From contig NC_092680.1 of assembly GCF_964355755.1 (NCBI RefSeq), positions 2,294,001-2,358,000 on the forward strand: 64,000 nt of DNA, written 5' to 3'. Positions 54,885 to 64,000 of this stretch are shown here, piece by piece; the first letter of the stretch is position 1, and each line of letters begins with the position of its first letter. The translations under genes were made by a program, and so were the position numbers. The notes beneath the pieces are model-generated. The model did no database searches, was not told the DNA's origin, and saw only the letters and a program-made list of their open reading frames with translations. The DNA is from Antedon mediterranea (taxonomy: Eukaryota; Animalia; Echinodermata).

Positions 54885-55041
54885 AGCCTTGTCTACACTT
54901 ATCAAACTTTATGTGTCAAAAAAGTGCGCCCATATATGGTAGTGCTACGTTTAAATATGGTAGTGATATGACATCATCATGTCCATATATGGGCACATCA
55001 CATTTTTTTATCACATAAACTTTGATAGTGTAGACAAGGCT
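54885..55041. mobile_element. MITE family A copy with variant TIR (AGCCTTGTCTACAC)
   Basis: Both ends carry the same complementary variant (AGCCTTGTCTACAC / GTGTAGACAAGGCT). TTA on both flanks. Confidence 0.88.
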
Positions 55042-55057
55042 TTAATTTCTATTTATA

Positions 55058-55188
55058 CTCTACACTATGTGTCCAAATATGATAGTGATATTCCCAAATA
55101 TGGTAGTGATGACATCATTATGTCCATATATAATGGGCACATCATATTTTCTTTTGTCACAAGTTTGATAGGGTAGAGAAAGAAGGCT
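55058..55188. mobile_element. MITE family A copy, degraded, adjacent to the previous copy
   Basis: CCAAATATGGTAGTGATGACATCATTATGTCCATATA core, decayed ends. Confidence 0.78.
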
Positions 55189-55657
55189 TTATTCTTTTTG
55201 ATGACTTGATTTTGAAAACAGCATTCTGAAAATTCATTGAACTATTGAATTATAAATGGGGAAGATATAAAAAAAAAGATGTGCGAATTTGAGAAAGCCG
55301 ACCCAAATGAGATTGGAACCTGGAATCTTCTGCTTGATATACAGACATCCTACCATTATATAAAATATTAGATTTTTAAAAATACCGGCTAAAACAAAGT
55401 TGATATCATTGAGCAAATTTCTTTGAAAGAAAACTGAATTACAACAATATTTTATGCCTTTTAAAATGTTAAATATACTATATTTTAGTATAAATAAATT
55501 TTTCTGGAAAAAAAAGTAGGAACAATTTATTTATTTATTTATTTATCCTCATATTTTTATTGCAAAATGTTGTCATTTCTACATTTTTCCTATAAAACTG
55601 ATTTAGACCAATCACAACCAAGATAAATGACTAAAATACATGAAATATTTTACTGGA

Positions 55658-56055
55658 CAATACAATACAATCACCGTTTATGACAGGCCACTAAGAAGCA
55701 CTGACCGTTACGCATAAGGTTTTGCTTGCCCTTTGACCCACGAATGCTAGCATCTGCTTTTAAAGTTGGAACCCATTCAAATGACCGGCGGGAGGTGGTG
55801 ACCAGTTGTGTCCCCGTATAATAACATTTCCAGAGCCCCTACAGTGGACAAGAACAACCGACCACGAATGGTCAAAAGATCATTCATTAGGTAAGCATCC
55901 AAAAAATGTTTTAATAAGATGAGATGGGTGGGAATTTAGCCAGGCTGAAAACCAGTTGTACTAGCTGAAGAAATACCGACTTTCACCCAAACATTTACAA
56001 ACAACACCTTTTGCCTCGAGGCTGAGCAAAAACTGCCGTGGAAAACAGAGGCAAC
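55658..56055 (-). mobile_element. Probable retroposon 3' end, unclassified
   Basis: GC-richer block ending on the minus strand in ATAAACGGTG(ATTGT)3, a microsatellite-type LINE/SINE tail. No coding homology recognised. Confidence 0.4.
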
Positions 56056-56648
56056 AAATTAATTATCTAATGATAAAATATGGCATATTGATTTCTTAGG
56101 TAAAAATGGCTTTTTACCTAACAACATTCAATTACCATAGAAACGTAAACCGTGGACATCAATACTACCGTACTAAATCGTTTTAACCAATCAAATCTCT
56201 TCAGTTGTTCTGTAAGGCACCACAAGTCATTATATCGCTTTATAGTTTAAATTTTTGAAATTGGATAGTCTCTTTGTCAATAATTGATAATCTGTAATAG
56301 ATATCTCTCTAATATTGATCAAGGACTAATACATTTAAATATATAGTATTTTATACTTTAGTTGTAGAAGATTCAAAATAAAAGTAATGTAATAGTTATA
56401 AATAATAAAAAAAATGTATCAAGTTGATAATATCACTTGAAATATCATGCAATTCTACTGAAATTAAATTTCAGACAAACAAAAGATATAACTTCATGAT
56501 ACAGAAATGATGATGATGATGATGATAATTATATGGGAAAGATGATGAAGATGATGTGAGGAAGATAAACGAAAGAAGTGATGATACTAATTATTTGATA
56601 ATGATAATGATAATCTTCTTCCCAATTAGTCAACTTAAAATTCCACAG

Positions 56649-56739
56649 ACCAACAGTGGTGTTGCTAGTTTACGAGTGCTGCTTGTCTCATATACAAGCC
56701 CTCCGTCTGGAGAGCATGGGCTATTGTCGGTTTATCCAA
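56649..56739 (+). other. Candidate plus-strand exon (91 nt)
   Basis: TTCCACAG acceptor, GC-richer body, CAA|GTAAGT donor. Confidence 0.4.
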
Positions 56740-57519
56740 GTAAGTAAGGCACAAAATAGAATATGATACACTGATATCACTAAAGATATTGAATATATTT
56801 TTGATAAACAAATATCATCAATAATTATTATGATCATGACAATGTTTCAGAATTAACTTGATCATAATGATAACAATGACCAAAATCTTCAAAATGTTAA
56901 CAATAATTATTCGATGAGAGCTTTTTTAACGTTATCAGAATCGTCAACATCATGATAAATTTGACGATGATCATAGTCAACATAAAAACTATAGAAAATA
57001 GTCGCAAATTACGTAAAATGTGAATCAGAATCATTATGATAATTCTGACGATCATAGTAAAAAAATGATAAAATAGTTGCGAATTGCGTAAAATGTGTAA
57101 ACTACGTATCAGACTTGAATAGTCACGGTAGTTGGAGCGTCATGAATGGAGCTAGTAGCTGAAATGAATAATCATGGCAGTAAATTTACAAAGAAGCAGG
57201 TCAGGTGACTGCGTATTTACATGTGAACCTGACCTCAATGTTGCTGTATCTAAGGCTGCTGCTCTACTGACCAACGCATCATGTTTATAATGTAAATGTA
57301 ATCATGTATATAATCTGTATATCTCAGGTTAGTGCTTGTTGTATAGATTTTTCTAGTCAGAGAATGGAGTTCATATATAATGTATCTTTTGGGGTCAAAT
57401 GATAATAAGATAATATAAGGTATTAGCAATGTCCACATGTCCTGACCATGTCACTAAATCAATCAAAAAGTTAAAAAGACTCCAAGCAACATGTTCCTGA
57501 TCAATATCTATCGTATGAA

Positions 57520-57870
57520 GAATATTAGATCTCTTAATGTATGTTACAATAATGCTCTGCGCCGTATACTTAATGTCTCTAGAAGTAGTAGTGCCAGTGC
57601 AATGTTTATTGAACATGGTGTCCCTTTCTTTAATGAGTACATGCGAAAATCTACCTATGGTTTTATGCAACGTATGTTGAATAGTGGTAACATCCTTGTT
57701 GCTTGTGTTTTCAAACATATGCTCCATAACTAAAAAATGTATTGTAGATGGAGAAGCATTCTATATACTTAAATTTAAAGTTTACGATTTTTTATTTTTT
57801 TCTGTTCTGTTATACGTTTATTAATATGGATGATATTTCCGAAATAAATAGAAATTGAATTGAATTGAAT
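57520..57870 (+). mobile_element. 5'-truncated non-LTR retrotransposon (LINE) 3' end with ORF2 C-terminus, RTE-X-like (clade tentative)
   Basis: Encodes IRSLNVCYNNALRRILNVSRSSSASAMFIEHGVPFFNEYMRKSTYGFMQRMLNSGNILV, a typical post-RT LINE segment. Premature TAA at 57731 where sister copies have TCC/TCA. Ends with AATAAA and an (AATTG)n tail. Confidence 0.8.
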
Positions 57871-58989
57871 ATGGTTATAGTGCAACTTGTGATCAGTGAT
57901 CACACCCAGGGGAATTATGACATAGTAGAAGATGAAAGTAATTAATTGGTATAGGCCAATTTTGAAACAAAAATCATTGCTACAATAGAATGCTTCTTTT
58001 GAAACACCTTTTTTGGGAAGCAGACACTTTCCTGTGAAACAAGGGACATTATGTTTTAACACTATGGTCAACCATATTTGTATCTCATTCTGAAATAAAG
58101 TGATCAATCAATCAGTATTTAGTGGACACCCATTTAGGACACATTGTTGGACCTCAAAGGCGTCCCTTTAATAGAAGTTGTGTAGTATTCTGATGCAATT
58201 TCTTCAAAGAAAAAAACTGCCTTGAGTATAACACTTATTATTTATCAGTTAATGATGATCAATAATATGATAAAAATAGTCATACTATTTGTCCCTAAAG
58301 TAACTAAAAAATCTGGGGGAAAGAAGAAAAGAACAAAATCGGGGTAGGGTGGGAGGAGTAAAAATGTTAGAAAGAATATGATAAATTAAAGTTTCATTTG
58401 AGATTTTGAACATTTAGAATGGCAGGTCACATTTTGTTTTCTTCTGCGAATGTATTATCAATTTTTAATAATGTTGTTTTTTTACTTATTTAATATTTTA
58501 ATGTGTCTATAAAAATCAATCTAATTTGGTCTATTGACAGCAATTTTGATTTGTTTTTTTAATAAAGAATAATATTGGTTTAAACCTTATTTAAATATTA
58601 ACTAACTTCTTTATGACCATTTTCAAATACAAAAAAAAAAAGAATCAAAAGATATAAGCTTCCGTAACAAAAATATTCAAATATCGTAAAAAAGTGATTT
58701 TTCATTTAAAACTAGTCCATACGTCGTTCTACATACAACTTTCTATCACTTGCCCTGGGGAAAGCACATGTTGTAGCCCAGTTTAAACTCTAATGAACAT
58801 ATACATCTAGGTGAAGTATTTTATTAGTAGTAATAAGGACATATTTCATTTCCAGGAGTCAAATACATTTAATTTTTCAATTATATTACCAAAATGGCCA
58901 ATTTAGGCATTTTATTATGGCTGCCAAAAATTAGAACTTTTTTCAGTAACATGGATTTTTGATTGATATCTGTACTATCTTAATTCTAA

Positions 58990-59783
58990 AACTCTGTCTC
59001 CCGGGGGGGTCACTCTTAAATATTTCCATACGGAGAGGTGCCGCATTTACGGGTATATTTTCGATGGCCTGGTAGCACAAGTGTGGGAAATTATGGAGAG
59101 TTGGTAGCACAAGTGTGGGAAATGACAGGGTGAAATTAGTAGTTTAAGTGCCTGGCCCGCCCACCCGTGTCAAAATGTCACGATTTATCGCCAAATTTTG
59201 CAGGTATTTTAGCATAATGGATGCTATAAGCCCGGCTATAAGCCCATCGCTAAACACCTTTGAATAGGCCTAGAGTTTTCGCATCAGCAGAAGAACACGA
59301 AACATAGCCTACGACAAAATCATTCAACTGTGACCACTCTTGACTCTTGATCATCGTCGTCATGCACCGCGGACGAGCGAAAACACGTTCATGATTTTGC
59401 CATGAACGGTCTCTTTGGCCATGCGCAGATCATGCCGGGAACCAGTACAAATATTGCGCCCTCTCTGGCGTGGCCTTGTTTCTGCCGTCTTTTTAGAGAA
59501 CACTGGATTTTTATTTGGTAAATGGTAGTTCAAGCCCGTAGTATTTTTCAGTAAAACAGGTAGCACAAGTGCCTCATGTCTTGAAGTGGCTGCTGCAGCC
59601 CCCCCCCCCCCCCGTTTGGTTTATATACAAGTGACCCCCCCCCCCCCCCCCGGGCTCTGTCTACACTATCAAACTTGATGTGACAAAATGTGATGAACCC
59701 ATTTTGGACACGATGGTATCACTACCACATTTGGGCACATCAAATACTTGTTGTCAAACTACTTTGATAGTGTAGACAGAGCT
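58990..59783. mobile_element. MITE family A copy interrupted in its left TIR by another element
   Basis: AACTCTGTCT at 58990-58999. The MITE resumes as CTCTGTCTACACTATCAAAC at 59655 and ends GTGTAGACAGAGCT at 59783. Confidence 0.85.
59000..59654. mobile_element. Non-autonomous DNA transposon with CCCGGGGGGGTCAC TIRs and 8-bp TSD
   Basis: Left end CCCGGGGGGGTCAC, right end GTGAC(C)nGGG. Flanked by the direct repeat CTCTGTCT (58992-58999, 59655-59662). Internal GGTAGCACAAGTG x3. GC- and CpG-richer than the flanks. Confidence 0.88.
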
Positions 59784-62700
59784 TGAGAGAAAGTGTTTGT
59801 ATGTTTGATTATACAAAATGCTGCTATTGTATGCATCTATACACATGTGGTTTAAAAAGGTACTGCAGGGAAGGTATTTATTATATATAAGGGAAGATAG
59901 GAGTGAAGAATAGCCCTTGGTACACTTTTTTTGATAGATATAACTATATTTAGAAACTAGAGTTAAAAACGCCATATTATTATTATTGATGTACCTACAA
60001 AGAGAGGAATATGATAAACAATACCTATTTTATTTCACTTTACGAATAACTTAAATAAAATAAAGGCATAGCTTGTAGTGAATAGTGTATAATTGTATCT
60101 GTAAACTGAACAATTTAAACATGAATATAAATAAACATCATAAAATTATAACTTTGAAGAAACACTTTTCTGATTTTTTGTGTTATTTTTGTTGTAAAAA
60201 CTAATTTCTGTGTTGGACATGAAGAGAATCTATGCTGTAAAAGTGTACTTTAAATATGTCTGCAGATTTGAGGTTAGGTTGCAACTTGATTTACGCACGT
60301 CTCGCTTTCACTATGGTCAGTTTGCAGTAATAATGATGTTAATAATTACTCCTATCTTTATCATCACAGAAAACGATGCCTGACCATTGTGCATTCATGT
60401 TATCTTTGTCATTTGTTTGAGGTGAAGTTGTTAAAGACGAGAGTCCCAGTTCTAAGATAATGTCTTTTATTTGTCCTCGCTCATATGCATTTATAAACCT
60501 TGTTTGTGTATGACAAACGTTGTATTATTCACGATAGGTAATGCAATACTGTATATCCACTGTTAATGTCATAGCCAGCAGTTAATCTCGTAACTTCTTA
60601 TCTGACAAACTGTGTGTAAATTGTACGGTTACGTACTTAAGAAATCCTACTATATTTACGATAAAGTGTCTTAAGGCGTCAAACAGTAGTATTAAGGGTG
60701 TGAAAAGGTTTCACATAAGGCTTTTTCCTAGCCCCCCTAAGAAATAGAAACTTAACGGATTTACAGATTCTATGACCGATTACCTGAAAAGTCCTAGAAA
60801 CTCAATGAAATTGTTGTCCACTAAATAAGACATATGTTTTGATCTTTGTAAAAAAGATTCGCAATTGATAAACAAATCTAATATAACATGTATAGTAGCT
60901 TTTACGAATCATACAAATTATTCATTAATTGACCCATATACTGTCAATCAATGTGCATGATATCTTGATTGTGTTTTGAATATACCTCCAATTTGTGACC
61001 TATTTAAGCTAAATAAAAATTTATTGAAATAGAATATTTAAAATTTTGAACAGTAAATCTGGGGAAAAGTTCATTTATTCCCTTCACTTCAAATTACAAT
61101 TAATAAATTACCAAAAGTACAGCATTCGATGACGACAAGTTGAGTACTGATGGTACTTACTTTTGAGAATATTAAGAATACTATCAAGAAATCTGGGGAA
61201 AAGTTCATATCATATAAATATTTCAAATTTCAGTTAATAAATTATTTGAATACTGGTAGTGGTAGTTATGTTAAAAACTTCAAATTGAATAATTTTTTAA
61301 TTCAAAAACTTAATAATAATAATAATTGTAATAGTAACATTTTTAAATATAAGAAAATAATAAGAACACAAAAACAAATAAAAAAACAAATTTGAAAGAA
61401 TAAAATAACCAGAAATTAACATTTTATGGAGGAAAAAATTCAATCTAAAATCTTTAGAAAAAACAAATGTTTTATCAACATCTTCTATGGTATATGTAGG
61501 CCTATATAACTTTTAATATAACATTCAGTTTTAATAATAATATTTACTGAAAAAAGGAATCTATTTGAGAGAGTCAAAGGAAATAGTCATTTGCAAGACA
61601 TTTATTTTATTTATAGTACAACAAAATTACCGTAGCCTAGAAAATGGTAAGTCATTGTTGAATAGCTCAAAAATAAAATGTCAGAACTGTAAATTACCAT
61701 GAAATTAAAATGCACAAGGTTAAATTTGAAAAATTTTATAATGGCATTATTGACGGTTTATATGAAAAAGGCCATGCTAAAAAGACCCTCAAACTTTGGT
61801 CAAAAATATCATCAAACTTTGGCAAACTTTTTCAAACTTTACTCCTTCCTGCGATGCTATTCAAAAGGGCACTGTACTTCTACCCCGAACCTTGTCCCCG
61901 CACTCTTCTGTGCATGGTTCTTGCCAAACCTAAGCTGACACAATTGACTTGACATCGGAAATGTTTACCCATTTACGATTTGTTAATATAATTAATAAGC
62001 TTCATCAGTTTTGGAATTTAAAGTTTACATTAGGTCTTCACTTGGTAAACTTTCCCATGATTTCAAGACCAAATATAGTCACAAATACACTCATGGAACG
62101 CAATAACGTCAGCGGAACCCAACCGCAAGGGTGTGCGCTATGCCATGCATTCAACACCGCTGCGGGTTACCTTCGCTCCTCCAAACAAAATCAACTACCC
62201 CCTGACATTGCATACCCTAGAGTCTTCCAGCTGCCAGTACCGCATCACTCTTAAGTCAGGGTGCAATGCAAGTACTATGACCACATTGTGGGAACCTTAC
62301 TACCCCCAAATTCTTACACTTGATTGCTTTGAGAATAAGCCACAAACTTATCATCTTCCCAATGTGACGTCCGAAAATCGGGGGTGTAGGTGACCGAGAA
62401 TATACAACTTCTGGTGGACACCTGTTGAGGACACCTACTGTTTGAGACCGAGAAGCGGGGTACCATGCACATTTTAAGACGCCACTCCCGCAATGCGGAT
62501 AACAAAGGGCTCTAAGAGCCAATCGAAGCCTGGGGGAGCGGTAATAAATGAGGACTTGTCACCTAAATACACTAACCTGAATATAAGTTCACACCCGAAC
62601 ATTTGCTTGCCACTATAGTATGATCCGTAGCGTTATGAGAGGAAAGTATAAAGCTGGCTTTAGCCTCACGGGCCGGGATATCTACACTCTCACAGACACA

Positions 62701-63781
62701 TACATTCCCTTGACGCCTTTTCAACACTAATGAATGATATTCCACGTGCCCATACTTACTTCACCCACGATAATGAGCAATTTTCCCATACGGCTACCAT
62801 ATAGTATAGAAGATAGACAGATATACTACTATAGTGAACATATAGCTTACGGCATTATCGTAGTAGGCCTTGGAATGACCCCCTTTACCCGAGCTGTGAG
62901 TTAGCCTAGAGCATTATTCTAATAGGCCTTCTACTGACCCCCTTATACCCAAAGCCTAGTTTTCTCGCTTACATTGTTTGTGAGGTGGGCAGGTGATAGA
63001 TCCACTGCAAGCCCTCAATTAACACCCCTCTAAATAATGCTGTAACACAGGCTTAACAATGTCAAATCTAATTTGTTCTCTTGGCATCAAGTCCTAATAC
63101 ATCTCATTCTTCCTCTTTTTTTTTTTCAATTTGTACCCAAAACACGCTAGCTAAACAAAACAACATGTAACATCCAAAACCTTTGACACAAAAGTGACAC
63201 AAGAACATAGGCAATCCTGTCAACTTTATATGTATATTAAAACACATTCAATTTAAATTTAATTTTGTAATATGCTGTTAAGTTTGTTCAGTGGTAACCT
63301 TATACGAAAACCGACAAAATGAAATCAGTCTTTTTTTATCATAAGTTAATGGGAATTTCATGCCAAAAACTATTTACCTATAATTTAATTTCTTAAGTAT
63401 ATTAATTCTTCATGTCTGCAAAAACAGACAGCATGTTACTGTACACACATAGTATAATCTATAAAATTGCTATGTAATTTGTAGTTAAAAATAGACAGTG
63501 TGAGGAATACCTAATGTTTATTTAAGCCCTTTGATGCTATTATTCAAACAGATTGCCTTTTATTAACGTCAAAGATTAACCAACAGTTTTTCAATAAAAT
63601 TGAGCAAGAAATACTCAAAAATTACACAGGAAAGAGGCAATGAAATTACTACATGACAAAAGTTAGAAAACAGAAATAAGTACAATGGTAAAGGAAAGAA
63701 AAAGTTAGAAAGAATATTGCACTTTCAGCTCGAATATACTGGGTTCAAATCTTAGTTTGTTACTTTTCCCTTTTCTTACAG

Positions 63782-64000
63782 ATTTCCTCGAATTCAATTC
63801 TAGTATATTACAGGGCAGATTTGATTTTCTCTATGGCTGTCAAATGTATATATATGTATATACAGATGTTGTTCCTCCATACCATTTCGAAAGCCGCTAT
63901 CCAAATTTGAACCATACCATGAAAGCCCCAGTGGTCGAATATATAAATATATACATGAGACAAGCAACTTAGGTGGTTATTCCCAATTAATGGTCCAAGA
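63782..64000 (+). other. Candidate plus-strand exon with strong acceptor, 3' boundary unknown
   Basis: Long polypyrimidine tract TTACTTTTCCCTTTTCTTACAG ending at 63781. Confidence 0.35.

Noticed and set aside
55287-55350. tRNA-like sequence on the minus strand
   Set aside because: Degenerate B box and no cloverleaf. Shares ATCAAGCAGAAGATTC with ~25291, so it is a decayed SINE head.

Overview
AT-rich (roughly 30% GC by eye) eukaryotic genomic DNA, probably from a marine invertebrate. An echinoderm is my tentative guess, based on the TAGGCCTA excess and repeat types. There are no prokaryotic operons, CRISPR arrays, rRNA genes or intact tRNA genes. The one well-supported gene is the 3' part of a minus-strand, intron-containing RCC1-repeat gene. 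It has four in-phase GT-AG exons (35618-35454, 35122-34958, 26961-26855, 26540-25455) encoding two RCC1 blades and a ~395-aa acidic then S/K/P-rich tail. I found no further exon of it between 35.6 and 64 kb, so that stretch looks like a >28-kb intron, and it holds plus-strand exon-like segments (possible nested antisense gene). Several minus-strand TATA/Inr/5'-donor cassettes (7.5, 9.8, 20.3, 28.0 kb) look like alternative non-coding first exons. The rest is transposon debris: 10 copies of a ~160-bp PIF/Harbinger-type MITE, 3 Kolobok-like elements, a CCCGGG-terminated element nested in a MITE with an 8-bp TSD, LINE 3' ends, a tRNA-derived SINE, minisatellites and a near-perfect 63-bp palindrome. 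Most ORFs in the supplied track are spurious. I could not establish a new biological system from sequence alone; the best leads are listed as findings.
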